Shown: positions 1 through 9,528, counted from the stretch's first letter. The stretch: 46,161 nt of DNA from Methyloceanibacter sp. (GCA_050247995.1 JBFWTF010000001.1:1-46161); one strand, 5' to 3'. The notes: generated by a model not told the origin, from the sequence alone. Made by a program: numbers and translations.

Positions 1-565
1 CCGCCTCCGCGCGCGCCTCTATCAAGATCTTCTGAGCGTCGATATGGCTGAGGCAGCCGAGCCTGATGCCGGCGCCGAGCAGTCCGGTCGCGAAACTGTG
101 CGCCTAAAGCGCGACGGCGTCCGCTTCGCCCAGTCCGGCGCGCCCCCAGAGATAGCCCTGCATCGCCGGGAGATGCGCGTAAGCCTCGGCCCGCTTGACC
201 TTGTCGCGATAGGCGCCCGCGTCGCCGATGCCGAGCCGCGCGAACACCGAGAGCAGGGCCTCGCCCATGCGGCGCGAGCCCGAGCGGAACTCGGCGCAAG
301 GCGTCTGGATCTCGACCTGGTCGTCGATCGCGGCAACATCGTCGAGGTTCATCCGCGCCCGATGCGCCGCCACGACAACTGCGCGGTCGAACTCGGCCCA
401 GCGCGCCCCCAACTGACCGATGACGAAGGCGCGAGCGTCGTCTGCGCCGCGAATGGCGCCGCTGTCAGATAAGCCTTCGAGGCCCCAGGAAAAGGAGACG
501 GCGCCGGAGGGGAAGAAGCTGTCGCCGAACTGGAGGAGGGCGAGCGTCTCGGCGAGCGTGCTCAT
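1..565 (-). pseudogene. ureF: Urease accessory protein UreF, interrupted by in-frame TAG at 104-106; runs off the window edge
   Basis: N-terminal LLQFGDSFFPSGAVSFSWGLE is the UreF motif. After the TAG the same frame continues with UreF-like AHSFATGLLGAGIRLGCLSHIDAQKIL. Start overlaps the ureE stop (ATGA). Confidence 0.8.
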
Positions 566-1008
566 TCCATGCTCCAGGCGATGCGGCCCGAGCTCACCAG
601 AGGTTCAAGGTGATGGACATAATGCTCGGCGGGGCCTTGCGTGGCGATCAGGATTGCGCCCGGCTCGAACCTGACCTTCCAATGATGATTTCCGGCGCAA
701 TAGCCGGCTTCCAGCGCGGCGTCGGCGTCGCGCGGGGTGAGGCGGAGCCAGCGCGGCGCGGCCGTGCGCAGGACGATGGCGCGGGTCGCATCGATGAACA
801 GCACCGCGCCGTCGGTGAGCCGCTCCCCGGCCGCGAGCGCGATGGCGAGGTCGGTGCCCTTGTCGGTCGTGCCGCGCAAGCGCCGCCGCGCCGTATCCTC
901 CTCGCCGATGAGGAGCGTCTCGACCCGGCCCACATGCTCCAGATGATGCAGCCGGTCGGCGAGAGAGGGGTCGCTGGCCGTGCCCACGATCGCCGTAACG
1001 GTCATCAT
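562..1008 (-). CDS. ureE: Urease accessory protein UreE (Ni chaperone)
   Basis: RRRLRGTTDKGTDLAIAL, L.DGAVL and GYCAGNHHW match the UreE GNxH motif. Start re-set to ATGATG at 1008, with GGAG upstream. Confidence 0.85.
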   Translation of the reverse strand: MMTVTAIVGTASDPSLADRLHHLEHVGRVETLLIGEEDTARRRLRGTTDKGTDLAIALAAGERLTDGAVLFIDATRAIVLRTAAPRWLRLTPRDADAALEAGYCAGNHHWKVRFEPGAILIATQGPAEHYVHHLEPLVSSGRIAWSME

Positions 1009-1058
1009 CTGCCGAACTCCACGCCAACCGACGCGACAAGCACTTCCGGGGCCTCCGG

Positions 1059-2105
1059 CTATTCCGCGGCGGCGAGATCCGAACGGCGCAAGCGCGGATC
1101 GACCAGCTCGCCCCGCGCCCGCGCCATCGCCGCCATCAGCCTGAGCACGGTGCACACGGCGAGGCGCGAGGTCGTGCCGCTGACGTCGAACACGGGCGCA
1201 AGCTCGGTCACGTCGATCAGGCTCACCGTCTTATGCTCGCCGATGATGTCGGCGACGCGCACGATCTCTCGGCTCTCGAGCCCCCCGGGCTCGGTCGCGG
1301 TCACGCCGGGAGCGGCCGAAGAGTCCATGACGTTGAAATTGAAGCTGAGATATTGCGCGTCGGTCCCACTCCAGACGCGCTCCACCGCCTCGCGCGTCAC
1401 CGTGTCGATGCCCCGGTCATAGATTTCGAACATCGGGTAGAAGCGCAAGCCCCGCGCTTTGGCGAGATCGATATAATCCTTCGGGTTCATCGAGTTGCGG
1501 GCGCCGATATGGGCGACATTGGCGGCCGGGAGGTTGGGCAGCTCGGTGATGCGGGCGAGCGCGCACGTGCTGAGCAGCTTCTCCCCGGCCCAACTGTCGG
1601 CAAGGTCGAGATGCGCCCCGAAATGGAGGCAGCCCATCGTCTTGCCGGCGCCGATATGGTCGGAGAGCGCCCGCGCCGCCTGGATCGAGATCGAGCGGTC
1701 GCCGCCGACGACGATCGGGGTTTTTCCGGCCTTGAGCACCGTGGTCACGGCGCGATAGATGCGCTCGCGCGCGCTGTCGGGATTGACCTTCGGCATCGGC
1801 ACATCGCCGCAATCGACCGCGAGTCCGTAGAGATCGACGCCGAACTCGAACCAGTAGGAAAGATATTCCTGCGAGGCGATGCGGAACTCGCGCGGTCCGT
1901 CCTCGCTGCCGGGCTTGCCGACATTGCCCTCGTCGAACGGCACGCCGACAAAGGCGTAGCGCGCGGTTTGCGCTTTCAGCGCGTCGACCTCGAGCGGCAC
2001 GTGGGGCGCGCGCAAGAACGTGAGCTGTCCCGGCGCGCGGTAGTTCTCGCCGCCCTCGCCGCCAAGGGGAGAAAACAGATGGGCGTAGCTTTTCGCAGGG
2101 TTCAT
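1059..2105 (-). CDS. mfmB: Ureohydrolase-family non-catalytic beta subunit (MfmB / dimethylguanidine hydrolase beta-like)
   Basis: Arginase fold with degenerate metal ligands: GGDRS for GGDHS, HFGAHLD for DxHxD, SFNFNVMD for DxD. N- and C-termini (MNPAKSYAHLFSPLGG...LRRSDLAAAE) closely resemble MfmB as recalled. Confidence 0.85.
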   Translation of the reverse strand: MNPAKSYAHLFSPLGGEGGENYRAPGQLTFLRAPHVPLEVDALKAQTARYAFVGVPFDEGNVGKPGSEDGPREFRIASQEYLSYWFEFGVDLYGLAVDCGDVPMPKVNPDSARERIYRAVTTVLKAGKTPIVVGGDRSISIQAARALSDHIGAGKTMGCLHFGAHLDLADSWAGEKLLSTCALARITELPNLPAANVAHIGARNSMNPKDYIDLAKARGLRFYPMFEIYDRGIDTVTREAVERVWSGTDAQYLSFNFNVMDSSAAPGVTATEPGGLESREIVRVADIIGEHKTVSLIDVTELAPVFDVSGTTSRLAVCTVLRLMAAMARARGELVDPRLRRSDLAAAE

Positions 2106-2136
2106 GGCCGTTTGCTCTTCTCGTTACACCGTACGT

Positions 2137-3204
2137 TCAAGGTTGCTGTCCGCGGTCGCGCAGGGTCTTCGCCCGGCTCCCGAGGAAGTGGTAGATCATC
2201 AGCGCCGCCGTCTTGATGCTGATATGGCTCACGTCGAATTGCGGGCAGAGCTCCGACACCTCCATGATATCGGCGCCGAAGGTGCCCGCGGTGCGCGCGA
2301 GCTGGATGATCTCGCGGCCCTTCAGCCCGAAACATTCCGGCGCCGTCGTCCCCGGCATGCAGCTCGAGTCGATCGAGTCCGTGTCCCAGGAGAAATAGAC
2401 GCCGTCGGTCCCGTCCCAGGCGCGCGTGAAGATCTCCTTGGTGCACTCGACCACGCCGCGGCGCGCGACGTCCTGCATGGGAATGAGGCGCACGTCGTTG
2501 TCGACGAAGAAGTCGTACCAGTCCTTGGGGTTGAGCCCTTTGCGCGAGCCCATATGCACCATGTTCTTGGCGTTGCAGTTCGGCAGGTCGAGCGCGCGCG
2601 ACGGACCCGAGCAATTGGTGAAGGCATTGCCGGCCCAGTCGGGTGCGGCGTCGAGGTGGCAATCGACGTGGAGATAGCCGATCTTGCCGCTCTTGTGGAA
2701 ATCCGACAGCGCGCGGGCGCCCGGGATCGGCACCGAGTGATCGCCGCCGCACAGCACGACCTTGGCGCCGCCATGCAGGCACTCCGTCAGGTAGTCGTAG
2801 ATGTATTCGTGCGATTTGGTGTTGTTGCCCGGGACGATGGGGATGTCGCCGCAATCGACCACCCGGAAGAAGGTGAGGAGATCGACGTCGTACTCGAACA
2901 TGTAAGGGAAGTACTGCGTCGAGGCCTCGCGGATGCCGGCCGCGCCTTGCGAGGTGCCGGTGCGGACCACCTGACCCTGATCCCAGGGCACGCCGATGAA
3001 GCAGATCTTGGCCCCCATGGCGCGGATCGCCTTGCGGTCCGGCGGGCAATAAGGCGCGCCCATGAAGGTGGCGATGCCTTGCGACTTGAAGGTGCCGTTA
3101 TGCAGCTTCGGCGAATAGATGTGATCGTCGGCCCCCGTGTGCTGATGGGGACCGCGATGCTGGTGCGGCACATGCTGCCAGCCGGTCTGCCCTTCTGCGC
3201 TCAT
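2137..3204 (-). CDS. mfmA: Ni-dependent ureohydrolase catalytic alpha subunit (MfmA / dimethylguanidine hydrolase alpha-like)
   Basis: Intact GGDHS, HVDCHLD and WDTDSID metal motifs. PHQHRGP and DHIYSPKLHNG resemble the MfmA N-terminus as recalled. The ATG at 3204 overlaps the natural hypA stop (ATGA). Confidence 0.85.
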   Translation of the reverse strand: MSAEGQTGWQHVPHQHRGPHQHTGADDHIYSPKLHNGTFKSQGIATFMGAPYCPPDRKAIRAMGAKICFIGVPWDQGQVVRTGTSQGAAGIREASTQYFPYMFEYDVDLLTFFRVVDCGDIPIVPGNNTKSHEYIYDYLTECLHGGAKVVLCGGDHSVPIPGARALSDFHKSGKIGYLHVDCHLDAAPDWAGNAFTNCSGPSRALDLPNCNAKNMVHMGSRKGLNPKDWYDFFVDNDVRLIPMQDVARRGVVECTKEIFTRAWDGTDGVYFSWDTDSIDSSCMPGTTAPECFGLKGREIIQLARTAGTFGADIMEVSELCPQFDVSHISIKTAALMIYHFLGSRAKTLRDRGQQP

Positions 3205-3635
3205 CTCTTTCCCGCCTGTTGTGGATTGGATTTTTCTTGCCGATCCGCGCCGCCGCTCTCGAGTCGATGACCCTCGGGGCGAAGCCCCCCGGGCGGCACG
3301 AGCCCGATCGACACGAGTTGCATCTCGCGTCCCGTCAGCACTTACGGCGACGGACGCCCGCACTCGGGTCAGCGGCAATTGTAGAGCGCCGCCGGGGTCA
3401 TGACCGCGTCGCAATGGGTGCAGAGCACCGTGAGCGGCACCTCGTCGATGTTGAGCCGCGCGCCCTCGCACAGCGTGTCCCGCGCCGCCGACGGGAAACA
3501 GAAATAGAGCGAGCGCGCGATGCCCGAAAGCACGCCCATGCGCAGGTTGATCTCGGCGACGCGGGCGGCGCCGAGGCTTTCCGCCTGGTGGCAGACCTGA
3601 TCGACCAGGGCCGTCGCGATCGTCATCTCATGCAT
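3201..3635 (-). pseudogene. hypA: Nickel metallochaperone HypA with two in-frame stops (TGA 3369-3371, TAA 3342-3344)
   Basis: MHEM start and CTHC, then reads R*PECGRPSP*VLTGREMQLVSI, matching the HypA CPxC...GREM C-terminus. Frame ends at TGA 3201-3203, coupled to the mfmA start. Confidence 0.85.
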
Positions 3636-4434
3636 GGCAGAACGCCGCCCCTTCCACCCGCGCCGGCCGCCCGGGCGCCTTCGTCAGCCACTCGATCCAG
3701 CCGGCCATGCCTTCACCGGTCCGCGCCGAAACCTTGAGCACGGCGATATCGGGATTGATCGCGCGCGCATGGGCGATGCAGCGCTCGACGTCGAAATCGA
3801 GATGCGGCAGGAGGTCGGTCTTCGACAGGACCATCGTGCTCGCGGCGGCGAAGGCATCGGGATATTTCAGCGGCTTGTCGTCACCCTCGGTCACCGACAG
3901 GATCGCCACCTTGTGCGCCTCGCCGAGATCGAAGCCCGCCGGGCAGACGAGGTTGCCGACATTCTCGATGAAGAGGATGGAGTTTGCCGCAAGCGGCAGC
4001 TCGTCGAGCGCGTGCCCGACCATATGGGCGTCGAGGTGGCAGCCGCGCCCCGTATTGATCTGCACGGTCGGCACGCCGGTCGCGCGGATGCGCTCGGCGT
4101 CGAGCGAGGTCTCCTGATCGCCCTCGATCACGGCGACGGGCACGGACGCTTTCAGCATCTCGATGGTCTTGACCAGGAGCGTCGTCTTGCCGGAGCCCGG
4201 GCTGGAGACGAGATTGAGGGCGAACACGGACGCGGCGTTCAACCGGTCGCGGTTCTCGCGCGCATAGGCGTCGTTGCGGGCGAGGATGTCCTGCTCGATG
4301 CGCACGAGGTCGTGCGGCGCATGATGGCCGTGTCCCTCATCGCCGTGATGGTGATGATGGCCATGATCGTGGTTGTGACCATGACCGTGGTCATGGTGCT
4401 CGCTATGATGGCTGCAACCGCATACGCCGCACAT
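3628..4434 (-). CDS. hypB: Nickel-insertion GTPase HypB
   Basis: MCGVCGC N-terminus, His-rich tract, [10 protein letters not shown]-loop, [27 protein letters not shown]. Confidence 0.95.
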   Translation of the reverse strand: MCGVCGCSHHSEHHDHGHGHNHDHGHHHHHGDEGHGHHAPHDLVRIEQDILARNDAYARENRDRLNAASVFALNLVSSPGSGKTTLLVKTIEMLKASVPVAVIEGDQETSLDAERIRATGVPTVQINTGRGCHLDAHMVGHALDELPLAANSILFIENVGNLVCPAGFDLGEAHKVAILSVTEGDDKPLKYPDAFAAASTMVLSKTDLLPHLDFDVERCIAHARAINPDIAVLKVSARTGEGMAGWIEWLTKAPGRPARVEGAAFCHA

Positions 4435-4463
4435 GGTGATTCCTCCCGGTGAATGTCTCGGTG

Positions 4464-5300
4464 CTACGAGGCCAAAGCCTCCAAATCGTCGCGCATCTCT
4501 TCGCGCATGAGAGACATGATCTTCTTTTCGAGATCGTAGAAGCCGTCAGCCTCCATCATCTCCTCGTGGCTGGCAAAGCGGCGCCCCTGCTTGAACTCCG
4601 TCACCAGCGTCTCGCGGACGGTGCCCGGATGGCGCGACATGAAGACGATATGGTCGGCGAGAAAGATGGCCTCGCCGATGTCGTGAGTCACGAGCAGGAC
4701 GGTCGCCTTCGACTTCTCGACGATGCCGATCATCAGCTCCTGCATCTGCCATTTGGTCTCGGCGTCGAGCGCGCCGAACGGCTCGTCCATGAGCAGGATC
4801 GACGGTCCGTTCGCGAGCGTGCGGGCGATCGCCACCCGCTGCTGCATGCCGCCCGACAGTTCCCGCGGATAGGCGTCGCGGAACTTGGTCAACTTGACGA
4901 GCTGAATGAAGCGCTCGGCGTTCTTGGCCCGCTCAGACCTCGACACGCCGTTGATCCGCATACCGTACTCGACGTTCTTCTGCACCGTCATCCAATCGAA
5001 CGAGGTGTAGCGCTGGAACACCATGCCGCGCGACTTGTCGGGCCCGTCGATCTCCTTGCCGTCGAGGAACATGGCGCCGCTGGTCGGGTCTTCGAGGCCG
5101 GCGACGAGGCGGAGCACGGTGGACTTGCCGCAGCCGGACGGTCCGAGCAGGGCGCAAATCTCGCCCTCCCTCACGTCGAACGACACATCGCGCACTGCCT
5201 CGATCTCGGCCCCGTTGCCGAGATCGTAGGTCTTGCCGACGTCTCGCACCGACAATTTCGGCGTTGCTGAGCTCGGCGAGGTCTGCTGCGGCATAGCCAT
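4464..5300 (-). CDS. ABC transporter ATP-binding protein (TauB/SsuB/NrtD-like)
   Basis: GPSGCGKST Walker A, LSGGMQQR signature, [11 protein letters not shown]. Confidence 0.92.
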   Translation of the reverse strand: MAMPQQTSPSSATPKLSVRDVGKTYDLGNGAEIEAVRDVSFDVREGEICALLGPSGCGKSTVLRLVAGLEDPTSGAMFLDGKEIDGPDKSRGMVFQRYTSFDWMTVQKNVEYGMRINGVSRSERAKNAERFIQLVKLTKFRDAYPRELSGGMQQRVAIARTLANGPSILLMDEPFGALDAETKWQMQELMIGIVEKSKATVLLVTHDIGEAIFLADHIVFMSRHPGTVRETLVTEFKQGRRFASHEEMMEADGFYDLEKKIMSLMREEMRDDLEALAS

Positions 5301-5318
5301 CGGAAGTCCGGTCTTTCG

Positions 5319-6740
5319 TCAGAAGAAGCGCAAATATTCCCGCTTTTCCCAGTCGGTGACGGTCTCGTGAAAGCGGTCCCACTCGTCCTGCTTATGGGTC
5401 ACGTAAAGCCTGTGCATGGTGTCGCCGAAGACGTGCTTCGCGAGCGGGTCGGCGGCGAAGCCCGCGATCGCCTGATCGAGGTTGCGCGGCAGCGGTTTCA
5501 CCTTGCCCTTCTCCTCGCCGGTCAGGTCGTAGAGCGATTTCTGCAGCGGCGGACCGGGGTCGATCTTCTCGCGGATGCCCTCGAGCGAGGCCGCGCAGGT
5601 CATGGCAAGCCCGAGATAGGGGTTCACGCACATATCGACGGCGCGGTTCTCGATGGCGAAGCGCGCCTGCGGGAAGCGCAACATGGCCGAGCGGTTGTTG
5701 ACGCCGTAGGTGATGTGGGTCGGCGCCCACGTCACGGTGCCGCCCTCGAATTCGCGCGCGCGCCCGATCAGGCCCTTGTAGCTGTTCACCGTCTGGCAGT
5801 TCACGGCGGTGAGCGCGACGCCATGCTTCAACGCGCCGCCGACGGCCCATCGCGCCGCGTCGCTCCAGCCGCCGCTGGCCTCGTCCTTGAACAGATTCTT
5901 GCCGGGATTTGCCGTCGACTGGACGCTCCAATTGATATGCGCGCCGCTGCGCCAATCGCCTTGCGCCGGCTTCGGCATGAAGGTCACGAACATGCCGTGG
6001 CGCTTGGCGACTTCTTTCAGAAGAATGCGCAGGAAAGTGAAGCGGTCGGCCATGCCGAGCACGTCGGCGTAGTGGAAATCGACCTCGAACTGCGAATAGG
6101 CGCCCTCGCACACGACATTCTTGAGGCCCCAGCCCATCCCGTTGAGCTGCGCGATCACGTCGGCGAGGAAGGGCATCGAATCGAGCGAATACTCGACGTC
6201 ATAGCCGAAGGCCTGGCGCTTCGGCCTGAAGCCTTCGCCCGGCTCGGGATCGTCGTCGATGCCTCTGACCGGCTGCCCGTCTTCGTCGTAGCGGAGCACG
6301 ATGAACTCGGGCTCCATGCCCGCGAAAAAGGCATAGCCCGCGTCGGCCGCCTCCTTGACCGTCCGCTTCAGCGCCATGCGCGGGCAGACATTGTAGGGCG
6401 CGTCCTCGTAGAAGAGATCGGCGAAGACGATGGCGATCTCGGGGTTCCACGGGCAGACGAAGATCGCATCGAGATCGGGGATCGGAATCTGATCGGGGTC
6501 GGCGGGACCAAGCTCGGGGAACGCCGCGACCGAATGCACGGCGAATTGCGGCCCCTTTCCGATGCACAAATTCTCGAACTCCGAGACGGGAACGGGCTTG
6601 GTCTTGGGGCTGCCGAGTATGTCGATCCAGGTGGACATGACGTATTTGACGCCGGCCTTCTCCAGCTCGGTTCTGGCTTTGTCGATGCGGGCGCGATCGG
6701 GCAGCGCTGCCGCAAGCGAGGTCGGATAGATGCTCGTCAT
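5319..6740 (-). CDS. Glutamine synthetase-like gamma-glutamyl-amine ligase (GmaS/GlnT-related, divergent)
   Basis: GMEPEF, SQFEVDF, TFMPKP...SGAHINWS, TVNSYK, TWAP...NNRS, IENRAVD...NPY. Start taken at ATG 6740, with GGAGAG upstream. Confidence 0.85.
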   Translation of the reverse strand: MTSIYPTSLAAALPDRARIDKARTELEKAGVKYVMSTWIDILGSPKTKPVPVSEFENLCIGKGPQFAVHSVAAFPELGPADPDQIPIPDLDAIFVCPWNPEIAIVFADLFYEDAPYNVCPRMALKRTVKEAADAGYAFFAGMEPEFIVLRYDEDGQPVRGIDDDPEPGEGFRPKRQAFGYDVEYSLDSMPFLADVIAQLNGMGWGLKNVVCEGAYSQFEVDFHYADVLGMADRFTFLRILLKEVAKRHGMFVTFMPKPAQGDWRSGAHINWSVQSTANPGKNLFKDEASGGWSDAARWAVGGALKHGVALTAVNCQTVNSYKGLIGRAREFEGGTVTWAPTHITYGVNNRSAMLRFPQARFAIENRAVDMCVNPYLGLAMTCAASLEGIREKIDPGPPLQKSLYDLTGEEKGKVKPLPRNLDQAIAGFAADPLAKHVFGDTMHRLYVTHKQDEWDRFHETVTDWEKREYLRFF

Positions 6741-6762
6741 GGACGGTCTCTCCAATTTTCGT

Positions 6763-6804
6763 GACGGCGCCCCGGCCGGGCGCTGTGGCCCGGCCGGGCG
6801 CGTC
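6763..6804. other. GC-rich stem-loop between the binding-protein gene and the GS-like gene
   Basis: Inverted repeat cccggccgggc / gcccggccggg, with no U-tract. Confidence 0.5.
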
Positions 6805-6807
6805 GCG

Positions 6808-7872
6808 TCAGCCGCGATAGCCGCTGTCGTACAGATCCTTGAGCAGGCTGCAGTCGATGCCCTTCTCCGGCGGGTACTCCTCCTTCACCACGCCGAACTT
6901 CACCCACCAGGAATTGGTGAGCTTGTAGTGATCGACCATCTGCCCGTTCTTCTGCCCGAAGGGCGGATTGCCGGGCGCCACGCCGCAGAACTGCGCCGCC
7001 TCGATGAAGGTGTAGGGATAAAGCCCCGAATCGAGGCCGGTGCCGTCCTTGCCGATGACGAGCTCGACATCGGCGACGGACATTTTCATGCCGTCGGCGA
7101 TGATCTTGTTGGCTTCCTCGGGGTTCTTCTTCCAATAAGCGATCGCGTCGTACATCGCCTTGAGAGCTTTGAGCGCCACCTCGCGATTGTTCTTGGCCCA
7201 GTCGGCGTTGATGAAATGCGCGTCGGCGATGAGCGCGTTCTGGGCCCATTCCGCGTCGGCGGTGCTGGCGACCACTCTTGATCCATCGACCGCACCCAAG
7301 GTCTGCGTGCCGAACGGCTCCCACAGCTCGGCGCCGCCGACCGTGCCGCTGATCATGGCGGCCGCGGCCTGATCCATGATGACGTTCACATACTCGACCG
7401 AGTCGAAGGGAAGTCCGTTCTTCTCGAGATAGATGCCCATCATGATCTGGGGCAGACCGCCCACCATGACGGCGACCTTCTTGCCCTTGAGGTCCGCGGC
7501 CTCCTTGATTTCGGGCCTGAGGATGATCTTATCGGTGCCGTGCGAAAGATTGCCGTAGGCGAACATGCGCACCGGCATATCCTGCGAGGCGCCGATCGGC
7601 GCGAACTCGGCCGTGCTCGAAACGATTTCAAGCTGCCCCGACGTCATCAGGGCAAAGCTCTGAAACGGGTCCTCGATGGCCTGGTAGGTGATATCGAGAT
7701 CGGGCGCGAGGTTCTTTTCCTTGGCGATGTACCACCATCCGTAACCCGGCCAAGTCAGGCCCGCGACCCGCACTTGATCCTTCGCCCATCCCGCCGTTGC
7801 TCCCGCGCACACGAGGCACGCCGCGGCGACTGCCAAAGAGACTTGTCTCAACTTCGATAAAGACTGACCCAT
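6808..7872 (-). CDS. ABC transporter substrate-binding protein (SsuA/NMT1-THI5-like)
   Basis: Signal peptide, WPGYG motif, DLKGKKVA and LWEPF; lies next to the permease and ATPase. Confidence 0.88.
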   Translation of the reverse strand: MGQSLSKLRQVSLAVAAACLVCAGATAGWAKDQVRVAGLTWPGYGWWYIAKEKNLAPDLDITYQAIEDPFQSFALMTSGQLEIVSSTAEFAPIGASQDMPVRMFAYGNLSHGTDKIILRPEIKEAADLKGKKVAVMVGGLPQIMMGIYLEKNGLPFDSVEYVNVIMDQAAAAMISGTVGGAELWEPFGTQTLGAVDGSRVVASTADAEWAQNALIADAHFINADWAKNNREVALKALKAMYDAIAYWKKNPEEANKIIADGMKMSVADVELVIGKDGTGLDSGLYPYTFIEAAQFCGVAPGNPPFGQKNGQMVDHYKLTNSWWVKFGVVKEEYPPEKGIDCSLLKDLYDSGYRG

Positions 7873-7922
7873 GGCTTCTTACTCCCGGTGGATGTGAACC
7901 AACGACAACGAAAACTCGGCTC

Positions 7923-8801
7923 CTACTGCTCGCTGGGCGGCATATACGGGAACAGGATCCGTTGCGCCCAACGGAAGAGAAAATCGAAGAACAGACCGAC
8001 CACGCCGATCACGACGATGCCGGCCATGATCTCGTCCACTTTGAGGAAGCGCTGGCCGCGCATCATCACCGCGCCGATGCCGGTGGTCGAAGCCACGATC
8101 TCGGCGATGACGAGATAGGTCCAGCTCACCGCCAGCATCTGCCGCATCGAGATCATGATCTTCGGCGCGACGGCGGGCAGAACGATCGTGGACAGGATTT
8201 GCCAGCGATTGGCCCCGAGCGTCATCGCGGTCTCGATCAGCTCGGTGCGAACCGCGCGGGTATGGTCCATGACCAGCGTGATGAGGAAGAAGACCACGCC
8301 GATAAAGAGCAGCGCGAGCTTCGAGCCTTCGCCGGCGCCGAACCACATCAGGAGCAGCGGGATGAAGGCCGGCGCCGGCAGATAGCGCCAGGCGCTGACG
8401 AACGGATTGAGGAAGGCCTCGACGCTGCGGAACGAGCCCATCAGCACGCCGAGCGGAATGGCGATGGCGCAGGCGAGCAGGAAACTTGCGATGATGCGAT
8501 AGATGCTGTCGCCGATATCGTAGAGGAAGCCGCGCTCCGCGATCATCGTGTAGAGCGTTGAGAGGACCTGATGCGGCGGCGGCATGAACAGGGTGTTGAC
8601 CCAGCCCTTTGCCGCGGCGAGCTCCCACAGCCCGAAGAAGATCACCCAGATGGCGGTGCCGAGCGTGAGCGTCCACTTGAGCGGTATCGGCTTGAGATAT
8701 TCAAACCACAGCGCTCGCCGTCTTTTGACCTTGGAGGCAGGTGCCGGGCTCTTATCTTGGCGCGCACGCTGCATCCCGTGCATGACTAGGGCTGTCCCCA
8801 T
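7923..8801 (-). CDS. ABC transporter permease (TauC/SsuC-like); alternative start at 8783
   Basis: Hydrophobic helices, MPPPHQV, EAA-like loop LIETAMTLGANR, VIAEIVA. Confidence 0.9.
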   Translation of the reverse strand: MGTALVMHGMQRARQDKSPAPASKVKRRRALWFEYLKPIPLKWTLTLGTAIWVIFFGLWELAAAKGWVNTLFMPPPHQVLSTLYTMIAERGFLYDIGDSIYRIIASFLLACAIAIPLGVLMGSFRSVEAFLNPFVSAWRYLPAPAFIPLLLMWFGAGEGSKLALLFIGVVFFLITLVMDHTRAVRTELIETAMTLGANRWQILSTIVLPAVAPKIMISMRQMLAVSWTYLVIAEIVASTTGIGAVMMRGQRFLKVDEIMAGIVVIGVVGLFFDFLFRWAQRILFPYMPPSEQ

Positions 8802-9337
8802 TTCAGCATGTTCTTGTACATGGTGAGGCCGACCATCGGCTCGACCGAGGCAAGATCGTCGCGGCTATAACAATGCTCGCGGAGGAACAGCGCGAGTTGG
8901 TCATGCGTCTCGCAGATGACCTCGACCAGGAGGTCGTAGCGGCCGGCGGTAAAGACGACGTAGGTCACCTCGTCGAGGTCGCGGAAATAGTGCGCGGCCT
9001 TTTGCGGGTCGCGGCCCGAGGCGAGCTTCAAGCCGATCATGGCATAGGCGTCGTAGCCGAGCGCCATGGGGTCGGCGACGCCGATGATGCGCAAGACCTT
9101 GGAGTCGATCAGTTGCCCGACCCGGTTGCGCACGGCGCCTTCCGAGATGCCGAGCTGCTTGGCGATGGCGGTGAAAGCCGCGCGCCCGTCATTCTGCAAA
9201 ATCTTGATGATGGTGAGGTCGATCGCGTCGAGCGCTGCGGGCCTGATCTGCGCCGGGGCTCCGGCCGCTCCACCCGGCCCCGATGGGGCGATGGCTGCGC
9301 GCCTGACGACGGTCAAAGGCTTCTTCGCCACCGCCAT
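8786..9337 (-). CDS. Lrp/AsnC family transcriptional regulator
   Basis: LDAIDLTIIKILQNDGRAAFTAIAKQLGISEGAVRNRV HTH; GRYDLLVEV RAM domain. Confidence 0.92.
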   Translation of the reverse strand: MAVAKKPLTVVRRAAIAPSGPGGAAGAPAQIRPAALDAIDLTIIKILQNDGRAAFTAIAKQLGISEGAVRNRVGQLIDSKVLRIIGVADPMALGYDAYAMIGLKLASGRDPQKAAHYFRDLDEVTYVVFTAGRYDLLVEVICETHDQLALFLREHCYSRDDLASVEPMVGLTMYKNMLKWGQP

Positions 9338-9374
9338 CGAAACCCCACCTCGCGTTACGCTTATCGAAGGTCGA

Positions 9375-9460
9375 GAGGGTATGTTTCTACGAAAATTTTA
9401 TCTTCGCAAGCCCGTTTTTGCCGAATGCGTATTTTTGGTGCGTCTTGCCTACGATTTGCC
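9375..9460 (-). promoter_or_regulatory. AT-rich upstream region of the guanidine-hydrolase operon; probable promoter or Lrp sites
   Basis: AT-rich tract with recurring TACG/TGCG words (ctacgaaaattttatcttcgca, tgcgtattttt, ctacgattt) directly upstream of the Lrp gene. Confidence 0.35.
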
Positions 9461-9528
9461 CATTCCGCTCATTCCCGGGCGTCGCGGCCATCGCCGGCCC
9501 GCGTTCCGCCGCCGCGGAGGCCCAATTT

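Noticed and set aside
104-106. Pyrrolysine or alternative-code readthrough of TAG in ureF
   Set aside because: Many other genes here end normally at TAG, no pyl genes are present, and a single-base change from TCG explains it.
3369-3371. Selenocysteine recoding in hypA (TGA at a Cys position)
   Set aside because: A TAA follows nine codons later in the same frame and cannot be read as Sec; no sel genes are in the window.
4320-4415. Low-complexity atg/gtg-rich repeat
   Set aside because: It encodes the normal His-rich tract of HypB.
3628-4434. Hydrogenase locus implied by hypAB
   Set aside because: No hydrogenase genes are present; HypAB are known partners of Ni-ureohydrolases.
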